A stretch of DNA of 64,000 nt, taken from Mobula hypostoma. Lineage: Eukaryota. The stretch spans positions 236,222,001 to 236,286,000 of the forward strand of contig NC_086097.1 of the NCBI RefSeq assembly GCF_963921235.1. The letters are read 5' to 3'. The position numbers and the translations under genes are program-made. Shown here piece by piece: positions 12,391 to 23,741 of the stretch. The notes under the pieces were generated by a model, which was not told where the DNA came from, did not search any database, and was given only the letters and a program-made list of their open reading frames with translations. How positions within the stretch are numbered: position 1 is the stretch's first letter; each line of letters begins with the position of its first letter.

Positions 12391-13281
12391 CTGACAATGT
12401 AGAGGAAATATTATTTGTTTTAACTGCCAGCTATAACATGAAGGATCCCAACAACCCTGCTTTTGGTGGGATACTTCATGATATAACTGTTTGTCCCACT
12501 CCCATCAAGGAAGAGGCTACATAGCATCTACACCAGGACCACCAGACTCAAAAGCGGTTACTTTCCCCAAGCCATCAACACTTGCACTTACTGAACCCAA
12601 CCCACCACACTCCCACTTCCACGACTTTATCATTTCCTGTTGTTCTTATTGGTTGGCTATCATGCTGTGATTTGGTATAGTAAGTTTGTTCTCTCCATGT
12701 GGGCTGTTGGGTCTTTAGATCTTGAAATGAGGGTTATGATAGTTGTGCTAGTTTTCTGACAGCCAACTGATCAAGACGACAAGTCAGACCAATAAAAATT
12801 TGAGCACTTAGCGGAAACAACACTTAAGTGCGCACTGATGCTGTTGCCTTGAATGGTGACAAAATGCTTGCAGCACAATCTCCAGGCTTGGTGAGATACT
12901 CAAGCTACCAATCTCCCCTCTCATTTCAGGGTCACCTTATGTATAGATACTCCTGTACTCAGCACCACTTTATTTACATACAGTCAGTTCATGTTTTTTC
13001 ATTGTGTCCTTTATGCTTATTTTGCTTTTTGTATGCTGCATCACATCCAGAGTAATGAGCATTTTGTTCTCCTTCACACTTGTGTACTGACAAATGACAA
13101 TAAGCAAACTTGAATCGTGGTACACAATTCTTCATTTCAAAAAAAGGTACTTCTGTAAAATATAATTGTGTGAATTCTGAACTCCCAGATTAATCATTTG
13201 CTTGCATATTAAAAAATGAGTTTTTTGGAATAAATGGTGAAAAGACGATATGTTCAAAAACTTACAAACACTTCTTGTATC

Positions 13282-13338
13282 CTCCAGCGTGTTGTGAGTA
13301 TTGCTTTGACCCCAGCATCTGCAGATTATTTTGTGTTT
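13282..13338 (+). mobile_element. 57-bp PLE 3'-terminal insertion
   Basis: CCAGCATCTGCAGATT..TGTGTTT terminus between 12-bp direct repeats ACTTCTTGTATC (13270-13281, 13339-13350). Confidence 0.8.
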
Positions 13339-13606
13339 ACTTCTTGTATCTGGTTTAACAGAAATTATTTGAGTTCATCGAATGTTCAATTTAAACTGGA
13401 TAATTAATATGGACGTCAAAACTGATGGTAAAATACAAGCAGAATGACAGCAGGACAAAGTGAGGAACAAGGGCTGTTTTGCTGTTGTCACTTGGTATGC
13501 TCTGTTTTGTTATTTTATGTGTTGTTCTACCATGTTATGTTAGCACCAGAATGTGTGACAACACTTGCGTGCTGCCCCCAGAACATCCCTGGGGGTATTG
13601 GTTGTT

Positions 13607-14080
13607 TTCTCTCTCTCTGGCTATCCATCCCATAGGATGATGATGGTTCCTTTCAGTCAGTTAGTGGGGTAGACCCCACTCCTGAGGAAAGAACAGCATG
13701 TGAGTGAATGGATTTTAGGTGAGTAGGGGGTTGCACAGATCCAGACCCACCCTCTCGACATCCCGTCCTGGATCCAGCGGCATGGTGGGGTCCAAGACGG
13801 CTGGGGGAAGTTCTGTTGCAGTGAATGGCCAGACCGAGCTTCGATGCAAGGAATGCCCTTTCCGTGCTTCAAGGCACGTGTTTGCTAGATGGCCGTTGAC
13901 CCTACAAGAGGGTTCACCGCCTTTTGACAGGTCTTGTTTTTCATCCTGCAGGGTGTCTAGCCACCCTCCTCAGCAGGCAAGCCTGGTGGGGGAGCCGGTT
14001 TAGTCACCGATCACCCGACCATGCGACAGGTAGTACTGGGTTACATGATACCAGTAGCACTCAGACGAGTGACCTGACGC
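13607..14080 (-). mobile_element. Non-autonomous retroelement, probably RTE-related, with (AG)n tail
   Basis: 8-bp TSD TGGTTGTT (13599-13606, 14081-14088); GC-rich structured head; no convincing ORF. Confidence 0.6.
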
Positions 14081-14099
14081 TGGTTGTTAATGCAAATGA

Positions 14100-14405
14100 A
14101 ATTTGGCCCATTGAGTCTGCTCCACCATTTCATCAGGGCTGATTCATTTCCCTCTCTGCCCTAACTTCCTGCTTTCTCCCTGTAACTCTTTATGCCTTGC
14201 CTAAGCAAAAATCTATCACCCTCTGCTTAAAATATACCCAGCGACTTGACCTCCACAGCCACCTGTGGCAATGAATTCCACAGATTCTCCACTCTCTGGC
14301 TAAAGCAATCCTTCCTCATTTCCATTCTGAATGGATGATCCTCTATGCAGCAGCTGTGTCCTCTTGTCTCAGACTCTCCCACTATTGGAAACATCTTCTC
14401 CACAT
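14100..14405 (-). mobile_element. CR1 3' fragment
   Basis: MFPIVGESETRGHS..FSQRVENLWNSLPQ. Confidence 0.85.
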
Positions 14406-14854
14406 CATGATAATGAACTGTGTAGCTGTTCAGGCAAAACTTGATCCTTTCATCTTTTAAGCTTGTCACACATGACATTTTTTATTAATTCTACCTGTCT
14501 TTCCACAAACCTGTCAATTGTGGATTGGAACATCTATTTATCCATAATCATTTTTAAGTCCTTTAGAATTCCTCAAGAAAGAATTTTATGTGATAAAAAA
14601 ATAACAGAAAGCCATTGTCACATTTCACATCACAGATTCTTTTTCACAAAAAAAGAATGAAGATTCACTGTCAAGTGTGGAGTTCTTTCAATCAAGTATT
14701 AGCGCATGTGGGTGGTCCCGAGGAGTTTAATAATACATTTTCAATCATCTCCACATCTTCACAATTGAGACATTCATTTTCTTTCCCCAGATAATGGAAA
14801 CCCTTAGTTGAAATTAATTATTATATGGTTCATTTCTGCTTTGCCAGCACTGCA

Positions 14855-14990
14855 TTAAAAATAATCAAATGAATAATCAGCAATCTCTTTTGATGCTCCA
14901 GGGAACTTGCTTTCTACTTTGACATTGACTTTGCAGATCTGGAAGTAAGATTTTTTTATGTGCGCTGCATACTGCAGCATTTTAGGTTTC
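14855..14990 (-). pseudogene. Candidate exon, dynein heavy chain-like (3' end uncertain)
   Basis: Strong acceptor TTTTCTAACTTTACCCATAG|; KPKMLQYAAHIKKSYFQICKVNVKVESKFPGASKEIADYSFDYF then TAA. Confidence 0.35.
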
Positions 14991-15205
14991 CTATGGGTAA
15001 AGTTAGAAAATTGAATGTTTGCCAGTACCTGAGGGAAAGAGTGGATAAATACTGGGAGCTGGTTTCCCTGGTGAAAAATGTAATAAGATATCAGAGGACC
15101 ATTTATATCCATCACACAGTCTCTTTGGTGACACCTGTGGGAGCAGGGGGTGGGGGGGGGGTGCGCCATGATTTCACCATCAGGAAGGAGGTATCATAGC
15201 ATTAG

Positions 15206-15620
15206 GACAACCATATAACAATTACAGCACGGAAACAGGCCATCTTGGCCCTTCTAGTCCATGCCGAACTCCTACTCTCACCTAGTCCCACCGACCTGCA
15301 CTCAGCCCATAACCCTCCATTCCTTTCCTGTCCATATATCTATCTAATTTAACTTTAAGTGACAACATCGAACCTGCCTCAACCACTTCTGCTGGAAGCT
15401 CCTTCCACACAGCTACCGTTCTCTAAGTAAAGATGTTCCCCCTCATGTTACCCCTAAACTTTTGCCCCTTAACTCTCAACTCATGTCCTCTTGTTTGAAT
15501 CTCCCCCATTCTTAATGGAAAAAGCCTATCCACGTCAACTCTACCAATCCCCCTCATAATTTTAAACACCTCTATCAAATCCCTCCTCAACCTTCTACGT
15601 TCCAAAGAATAAAGTCCTAA
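15206..15620 (-). mobile_element. CR1 3' fragment
   Basis: LGLYSLERRRLRRDLIEVFKIM..TRGHELRVKG; same subfamily as 50740-51268. Confidence 0.88.
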
Positions 15621-15836
15621 GACAAGAACTGTTAGAATGGGAAGCAGCTTCTTCATCTCCCTGGCCGTGAGACTATTGAACTTCCTGCCACCATCCAGGT
15701 CTCAACACGTATGAAGTGCCAGCAGTGTTACAGTTTGCTTTTTAACTTGTGTCGTAAATGACCCTTCTGGTAAATTTCAACCTTCTGGAAGGTATTGTAT
15801 TATTTGTTAATTTATCTGTTAGTTTATTTTATCCCC

Positions 15837-16925
15837 CTCATGTACCTCCCTCTGCAATTGGATCCTCGACATTAATCAGAAGACCACAGTCTGTGCAGAT
15901 TGGTGATAACATATCCTCTTCACTGATGATCAACACAGGTGCACCTCAGGGGTGTGTGCTTAGCCCACTGCTCTACTCCCTGTATACACATGACTGTGTG
16001 GCTAGGCATAGCTCAAACACCAAATACAAATTTGCTGACGATACAACCATTGTTGGTAGAATCTCAGGTGGGGATGAGAGGGTGTACGGGAGTGAGATAT
16101 GCCAACTAGTGGAATGGTGCCGCAGCAACAACCTGGCACTCAACGTCAGTAAGACGAAAGAGCTGATTGTGGACTTCAGGAAGGGTGAGACGAAGGGACA
16201 CATACCAATCCTCATAGAGGGATCAGAGGTGGAGAGAGTGAGCAGCTTCAAGTTGCTGGGTGTCAAGATCTCTGAGGATCTAACCTGATCCCAACATATT
16301 AATGTAGTCATAAAGAAGGCAAGACAGCGGCTATACTTTATTAGGAGTTTGAAGCAATTTGGCATGTCAACAAATATGCTCAAAAACTTCTATATTTGTA
16401 CCGTGGAGAGCATTTGACAGACTGTATCACTGTCTGGTATGGAGGGGCCACTGTACAGGACCGAAAGAAGCTGCAAAAGGTTGTAAATCTGGTCAGCACC
16501 ATCTTGGGTACTAGCCTATAAAGTACCCAGGACATCTTTAGGAAGCGGTGTCTCAGAAAGGCAGCGTCCATCACCCAGGGCATGAACTTTTCTCACTGTT
16601 ACCATCAGGTAGCAGATACAGAAGCCTAAAGGCACACACTCAGCGATTCAGGAACAGCTTCTTCCCCTCTGCCATTCAATTCCTAAATGGACTTTCAAGC
16701 TTTGGACACTACCTCACTTTTTTAATATACAGTATTTCTGTTCTTGCACATTTTTTAATAATCTATTCAATATACATAATTGATTTACTTGTTTATCTAT
16801 TTTGTTTTATTTTATTTATTATTATTATTTTTCTCTCTCTGCTAGATTATGTATTGCATTGAACTACTGCTGTTAAGTTAACAAATTTCACATCACATGC
16901 CGGTGATAATAAACCTGATTCTGAT
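15837..16925 (+). mobile_element. Rex1/Babar LINE, 5'-truncated
   Basis: [57 protein letters not shown] tail. Confidence 0.9.
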
Positions 16926-17173
16926 ATTTTATTTATTTATTGGGACATTGTGTGGAACAGGCCCTTCGACCCTTCAAGCCACGCTGCCGAGCATAATGGT
17001 GTGACAAGTTACAATGACCAAATAACCTACCTACCAGTATGTCTTTGGACTGTGGGAGAAAACCAGAGAGCACCCAAAGGAAACCCACACAGTCACTGGG
17101 AGGATGAACTTACACGTAGTAAACCCACGTAGTCATGGGGAGAACATACATACAGGCAGCATGGGGAATGTTA

Positions 17174-17374
17174 CGCAAACACGAGGAATTCTGCAGATGC
17201 TGGAAATTCAAGCAACACACATCAAAGTTGCTGGTGAACGCAGCAGGCCAGGCAGCATCTTTAGGAAGCGGTACAGTGTCCTGACGAAGGGTCTCAGCCC
17301 GAAACGTCGACTGTACCTCTTCCTAGAGATGCTGCCTGGCCTGCTGCGTTCACCAGCAACTTTGATGTATGTTG
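17174..17374. mobile_element. Palindromic PLE-derived mini-element
   Basis: ~60-bp inverted arms; 13-bp TSD ATGGGGAATGTTA (17161-17173, 17375-17387). Confidence 0.9.
17278..17311 (+). ncRNA. Minimal type I hammerhead ribozyme
   Basis: GTC-CTGACGA-A-GGG-TCTCAG-CCC-GAAA-CG-TC^GAC: intact CUGANGA and GAAA boxes, stem II GGG/CCC, ACGU stem III, predicted cut after C17308. Confidence 0.8.
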
Positions 17375-17399
17375 ATGGGGAATGTTAAATTCCTCTGGG

Positions 17400-18392
17400 C
17401 AGTAAGGGGAAAAAAAAATCAAGGGTGGGCCACTGAATAATAACATTACAGTGGCATAGGCAATAAACAGAGAAAAATCTGAGGCATGTTATCGTGGGGG
17501 ACTTTAACTTGCACATAGATTGGGTGAATCAAGTTGGTTGAGGCAGTCTTGAAAAGGTCTTCATAGAATGATGACAGAAATGATGACCGTGATGGCTTTC
17601 TTGAACAGCATATTACTTTGCCTACAAAGGAACGTGCTATCTTAGATGTGGTCCTGTGCAATGAGACAGGTAAAATTAGTGATCTTGTAGTTAGGGATCC
17701 TCTTGGAAAGAGTGATCACAGTATGACTGAGTTTCCCATACAAATGAGGGATACAATAGCTGGAGTGAAAACCAGTGCATTATGCCTAAACAATGGAGAC
17801 TACAATGGGACGAGGAAGGATTTGGCAGTGCAGTGCTTGCAGTCCTGGTCTCCTTACTTGGAAGGATATACTGGATTTGGAGATAGTGCAGAGGAGTTTC
17901 ACTAGGTTGATTTCAGAGATGAGAGGGTTCAACTATGAGGAGACATTGAGTTGCCTGGGACTGTACTCACTGGAATTCAGGAGAATGAGAGGAGATCTTA
18001 TAAAAGCATATAAAATTATGAAGAGGATAGATAAGATAGAGGCAGGAAAGTTGTTTCCACTAATAGGTAAGACTAGAGCTAGAGGACATACTCTCAAAAT
18101 TTGGGGGAGTAAATTTAGGACGGAGATGAGGAGGAACTGCTTTTCGTAGAGGGTGGGGAATTTGTGGAATTCTCTGGGAAATGAAGCAGTGGAGGTTAGT
18201 TCAGTAAATGTATTTAAGACAAGGGTGGATAGATTTTTGCATAGTAGGGGAATTACGGGTTATGGGGAAAAGGCAGGTAGGTGGAGATGAGTCCATGGCC
18301 TGATCATCCATGATCTTATTGAATAGCGGCGCAGGCTCAATGGGATAGATGGCCTACTCCTGCTCCTATTTCTTATGTTCTTATGTTCTTAT
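17400..18392 (+). mobile_element. Old CR1 with the endonuclease joined to the 3' end (RT deleted)
   Basis: GDFN, ILDVVL and LGKSDH followed at ~17830 by the C-terminal segment; (TTCTTATG)n tail. Confidence 0.8.
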
Positions 18393-18455
18393 AAATTGAA
18401 CTCGTGCCGCCTGTAGTATGCTAACCACTTCGCTATGATGGTGTGTATGAGTTAT

Positions 18456-21400
18456 ATAGAAACATAGAAACATAGAAAATAGGTGCAGGAGTAGGCCATT
18501 TGGCCCTTCGAGCCTGCACCGCCATTTATTATGATCATGGCTGATCATTCAACTCAGAACCCAGCCTTCCCTCCATACCCCCTGACCCCTGTAGCCACAA
18601 GGGCCATATCTAACTCCCTCTTCAACATAGCCAATGAACAGGCCTCAACAGTTTCCTGTGGCAGAGAATTCCACAGATTCACCACTCACTGTGTGAAGAA
18701 GTTTTTCCTAATCTCGGTCCTAAAAGGCTTCCCCTCTATCCTCAAACTGTGACCCCTCGTTCTGGACTTCCCCAACATCGGGAACAATCTTCCTGCATCT
18801 AGCCTGTCCAATCCCTTTAGGATCTTATACGTTTCAATCAGATCCCCCCTCAATCTTCTAAATTCCAACGAGTACAAGCCCAGTTCATCCAGTCTTTCTT
18901 CATATGAAAGTCCTGCCATCCCAGGAATCAATCTGGACCAAAACTGCACACAATACTCCAGGTGTGGTCTCACCAAGGCCTTGTACAACTGCAGTAGTAC
19001 CTCCCTGCTCCTGTACTCGAATCATCTCGCTATAAATGCCAGGATACCATTCGCCTTTTTCACCACCTGCTGTACCTGCATCCCCACTTTCAATGACTGG
19101 TGTATAATGACACCCAGGTCTCGTTGCACCTCCCCTTTTCCTAATCGGCCACCATTCAGATAATAATCTGTTTTCCTACTTTTGCCACCAAAGTGGATAA
19201 CTTCACATTTATCCACATTAAATTGCATCTGCCATGAGTTTGCCCACTCACCCAACCTATCCAAGTCACCCTGCATCCTCTTAGCATCCTCCTCACTGCT
19301 AACACTGCCACCCAGCTTCGTGTCATCCGCAAACTTGGAGATGCTGCATTTAATTCCCTCATCCAAGTCATTAATATATATTGAAAACAACTGGGGTCCC
19401 AGCACTGAGCCTTGCGGTACCCCACTAGTCACCGCCTGCCATTCTGAAAAGGCCCCGTTTATTCCCACTCTTTGCTTCCTGTCTGCTAACCAATTCTCCA
19501 CCCACACCAATACCTTACCCCCAATACCGTGTGCTTTAAGTTTGCACACTAATCTCCTGTGTGGGACCTTGTCAAAAGCCTTTTGAAAATCCAAATATAC
19601 CACATCCACTGGTTCTCCCCTATCCACTCTACTAGTTACATCCTCAAAAAATTCTATGAGATTCGTCAGACATGATTTTCCTTTCACAAATCCATGCTGA
19701 CTTTGTCCGATCATTTCACCGCTTTCCAAATGTGCTGTTATCACATCCTTGATAACTGACTCCAGCAGTTTCCCCACCACCGACGTTAAGCTAACCGGTC
19801 TATAATTCCCTGGTTTCTCTCTCCCTCCTTTTTTAAAAAGTGGGGTTACATTAGCCACCCTCCAATCCTCAGGAACTAGTCCAGAATCTAACGAGTTTTG
19901 AAAAATTATCACTAATGCATCCACTATTTCTTGGGCTACTTCCTTAAGCAGTCTAGGATGCAGACCATCTGGCCCTGGGGATTTATCTGCCTTCAATCCC
20001 TTCAATTTACCTAACACCACTTCCCTACTAACATGTATTTCACTCAGTTCCTCCATCTCACTGGACCCTCTGTCCCTTACTATTTCTGGAAGATTATTTA
20101 TGTCCTCCTTAGTGAAGACAGAACCAAAGTAATTATTCAATTGGTCTGCCATGTCCTTGCTCCCCATAATCAATTCACCTGTTTCTGTCTGCAGGGGACC
20201 TACATTTGTCTTTACCAGTCTTTTCCTTTTTACATATCTATAAAAGCTTTTACAGTCCGTTTTTATGTTCCCCGCCAGTTTTCTCTCATAATCTTTTTTC
20301 CCCTTCCTAATTAAGCCCTTTGTCCTCCTCTGCTGAACTCTGAATTTCTCCCAGTCCTCAGGTGAGCCACTTTCTCTGGCTAATTTGTATGCTACTTCTT
20401 TGGAATTGATACTATCCCTAATTTCTCTTGTCAGTCACGGGTGCACTACCTTCATTGATTTATTCTTTTGCCAAACTGGGATGAACAATTGTTGTAGTTC
20501 ATCCATGCAACCTTTAAATGCTTGCCATTGCATATCCACCGTCAATCCTTTAAGTGTCATTTGCCAGTCTATCTTAGCTAATTCACGTCTCATACCTTCA
20601 AAGTTACCCCTCTTTAAGTTCAGAACCTTTGTTTCTGAATTAACTATGTCACTCTCCATATTAATGAAAAATTCTACCATATTATGGTCACTCTTACCCA
20701 AGGGGCCTCTCACGACAAGATCGCTAATTAACCCTTCCTCATTGCTCAAAACCCAGTCCAGAATAGCCTGCTCTCTAGTTGCTTCCTCGACATGTTGGTT
20801 CAAAAAACCATCCCGCATACATTCCAAGAAATCCTCTTCCTCAGCACCTTTACCAATTTGGTTCACCCAGTCTACATGTAGATTGGAGTCACCCATTATA
20901 ACTGCTGTTCCTTTATTGCACACATTTCTAATTTCCTGTTTAATGCCATCCCCAACCTCACTACTACTGTTAGGTGGCCTGTACACAACTCCCACCAGCA
21001 TTGTCTGCCCCTTAGTGTTACGCAGTTCTACCCATATAGATTTCACATCTTCCCGGCTTATGTCCTTCCTTTCTATTGCGTTAATCTCTTCTTTAACCAG
21101 CAACGCCACCCCACCTCCCCTTCCTTCATGTCTATCCCGCCTGAATATTGAATATCCCTGAACGTTGAGCTCCCATCCCTCGTCACCCTGGAGCCATGTC
21201 TCTGTGATCCCAACTATATCATAATCATTAATAACAATCTGCACTTTCAATTCATCCACCTTATTACGAATGCTCCTTGCATTGACACATAAAGCCTTCA
21301 GGTGCTCTTTTACAACTCTCTTAGCCCTTATACAATTATGTTGAAAAGTGGCCCTTTTTAATGCTTGCCCTGGATTTGTCGGCCTGCCACTTTTACTTTT

Positions 21401-21530
21401 CTCCTTTGTACTTTTTGCTTCTACGCTCACTTTACACCCCTCTGTCTCTCTGCACTGGTTCCCATCCCTCTGTTGTGAACTAACCTCCTCACGCCTAGCC
21501 TCTTTAATTTGATTCCCACCCCCCAACCAT
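18456..21530 (-). mobile_element. Young CR1 copy A, almost entire ORF2 (APE + RT)
   Basis: NARSIRNK, GITETW, SDH, LDFQKAFD, GVPQGSVLGP, KFADDTK; (TTTCTATG)n tail; stops at ~20435 and ~19022; 54-bp deletion at ~18936. Confidence 0.97.
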
Positions 21531-21639
21531 ATGTAACATGCTGTCCAATTTGGTGTGTTGTTTTGTTTTGACAGTATATACAGGGATATTGTTGAATGAC
21601 AATAAACTTAAACTTGAACTTGAACTTGAACTTTATCTT

Positions 21640-22672
21640 GACATTGGGTCAGAGTTATATTAGGAGAACCCCAATTGGAGTACTGTGCTCAGTTCTGGTC
21701 GCCTCACTACAGGAAGGATGTGGAAACCATAGAAAGGGTGCAGAGGAGACTTACAAGGATGTTGCCTGGATTGAGAAGCATGTCTTATGAGAATAGGTTG
21801 AGTGAACTCAGCCTTTTCTCCTTGGAGCGACGGAGGGTGAGCGGTGACCTGATAGAGGTGTATAAGATGATGAGAGGCATTGATCGTGTGGATAGTCAGA
21901 GGCTTTTCCCCAGCACTGAAATGGCTGCCACGAGAGGGCACAGGTTTAAGGTGTTTGGAAGTAAGTACAGAGGAGATGTCAGGGGTAAGTTTTTTATGCA
22001 GAGTGGTGAGTGCGTGGAATGGGCTGCCCGCGACGGTGGTGGAGGTGGATACGATAAGGTCTTTTAAGAGACTCCTGGATAGGTACATGGAGCTTAGAAA
22101 AATAAAGGGATATAGATAACCCTAGGTAATTTCTAAGGTAAGGATATGTTCGGCACAGCTTTGTAGGACCAAAGGGCCTGTATTGTGCTGTGGGTTTTTT
22201 ATGTTTCTATGAAAAAGAAGTAGCATATGCTAAGTGCAGAGATATAAACTGGGGAATCCCGGCAAAGGAAAAGAGGGCATAAGGTATGAAGATTTCAACG
22301 TATACAAAATATACATGTATACTAGGTATGCAAAATTATGAGGGGTAGAGATAGGGTAAATGCAAGCAAATATTGTGGTTGGGTAAGACTAGAATTTGAG
22401 GTTATGCGTTAAGGGTGAAAGGGGAAATTCTTAAGTGGAACATGTGGAGGAATGTCTTCATGAATGTTGAATGACCTGCCGGGGAATTGGTGGTTAGAGG
22501 TTCAATTGTGACACTTAAGACAAATTGGGTAAGGTGCATGGATGGGACAGGGTATGGAGGGCTATGGTCCAGGTGGGTGTCGATGTCAATGGAAATTGGT
22601 CGAATAGTAGTTTGGTATGGACTAAATGGGCCTAATGTCCTATTTCTGTGCGATAGTGCTCTATGACTCTAT
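21640..22672 (+). mobile_element. Two adjacent CR1 3' fragments (21640-22212, ~22330-22672)
   Basis: EYCAQFWSPHYRKDVETIERVQRR and two CR1 3' UTR/tails. Confidence 0.8.
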
Positions 22673-22882
22673 GTAAAGTTTAACTTAATATATACATTGG
22701 CAAAATATTCCACAACAGTGCATCAAAATAGATATCACTGGTTCAGTACAAAATAGATCATTTCAGTTTACCATGTCGAAGGTTGATAATGGCTTCTTCA
22801 AGGGGCATTATAGTCTTTAAATGATTTTTCTTAATCATCCACATACGCTACAATACCAAAACTGGAAACATTTATTTGCAGT

Positions 22883-23041
22883 AACCACTAAATGCTGGAG
22901 GAACTCAGAAGACCAGGCAACATCCATGGAAAAGAGTACAGTTGAAGTTTTGGGCCCTTCTGCCTGGCCTGCTGAGGTCCTCCAGCATCTTGTGTGGGCT
23001 GCATGGATTTCCAGCATCTGCAGATTTTCTCTTGCTTGTTC
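22883..23041. mobile_element. Palindromic PLE-derived mini-element (ribozyme core absent)
   Basis: ATGCTGGAGGAACTCAG / CTGAGGTCCTCCAGCAT arms; TSD ATTTGCAGT (22874-22882, 23042-23050). Confidence 0.8.
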
Positions 23042-23129
23042 ATTTGCAGTTGCTGGTTTGTGTGTGTGTTTTTTCTTTGAAATTTCTTTATTCTTCTCAG
23101 CTATTTTATTAAGGGAAATGAGTGTGGAC

Positions 23130-23290
23130 ACTAGAAGGAACTTTAGAAGGTCTTGCAGTGTCCACAGAGACACTTTCCTTGATGCAATGGCCGATAACAA
23201 TAAAGAAATTTCAAAGGAAAAAAAATCTGCTTTCACAGTTATAGGAAGTGCTTTCCTGATCGCAATCAGCTCTGTCATTTCATGATTAAA
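23130..23290 (-). pseudogene. Candidate exon, dynein heavy chain-like (donor uncertain)
   Basis: TAACAG| then FNHEMTELIAIRKALPITVKADFFSFEISLLLSAIASRKVSLWTLQDLLKFLL, recalling the LP.TV...F..D...L dynein stem segment. Confidence 0.4.
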
Positions 23291-23741
23291 CTGTTAATGT
23301 CATCTTATCTGTGAAGGACATGCCCTTTTTTCTTAGCTCTTTATTTAAATGTTTCTAGCTTTAGATGCCACTTTAAATCTTCTGAAGCTCGAGTGGTGAC
23401 ATCTACTTATAATGTAGCAGAGCTCCTCATCTGCCATGTCAACATTTTAAATGATAGAGCTGCAGGAAAGTGTTTAATTTCACAGACATTTGTTACGAGC
23501 AAGTTTCCCTTTCGGAGGAAAAGAATAATGTATAAAATCGCATACATTCAATAGATCCTGACTTCTGACTTCTGATAGCTGCAGAAAAGAAAGGTGCTGT
23601 GGGGGGTATCATCTACTGAGTCAGTGTGGGTGGAAGTCAGGAAGAGAAGGAGCAATCACTGCTGGGAATATTATATCAGCAAGGTCACTGAGGAACAGAT
23701 CAGCAGGCAGATCTTGGAAAGGTAAACAAATAATAAGGTTG

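Larger units (their letters stand above)
16926..18443 (-). mobile_element. tRNA-derived V-SINE split by PLE and CR1 insertions (body 16926-17173, head ~18394-18443)
   Basis: V-domain-like GGGTTTCC..GGGTGCTC..TCCCACAGTCCAAAGAC at ~17041-17086; head with A-box-like TAGCGAAGTGG and B-box-like GAGTTCAATT. Confidence 0.7.

Noticed and set aside
11501..12397. 298-aa ORF resembling a host-RT fusion
   Set aside because: Chance read-through from a candidate exon past its GT donor into a degraded Rex1 RT (FDED instead of FADD)
13990..14078. Possible HDV-like ribozyme in the head of the 474-bp element
   Set aside because: P1- and P3-like helices are present, but I could not find P2 or P1.1 pairing
20385..21161. 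Long antisense ORFs recurring in CR1 copies (258, 171, 134 and 93 aa)
   Set aside because: Shadow frames of ORF2; recurrence reflects copy identity only
22821..23285. 154-aa plus-strand ORF
   Set aside because: Runs through a PLE palindrome and is antisense to a better exon candidate; no recognisable motif
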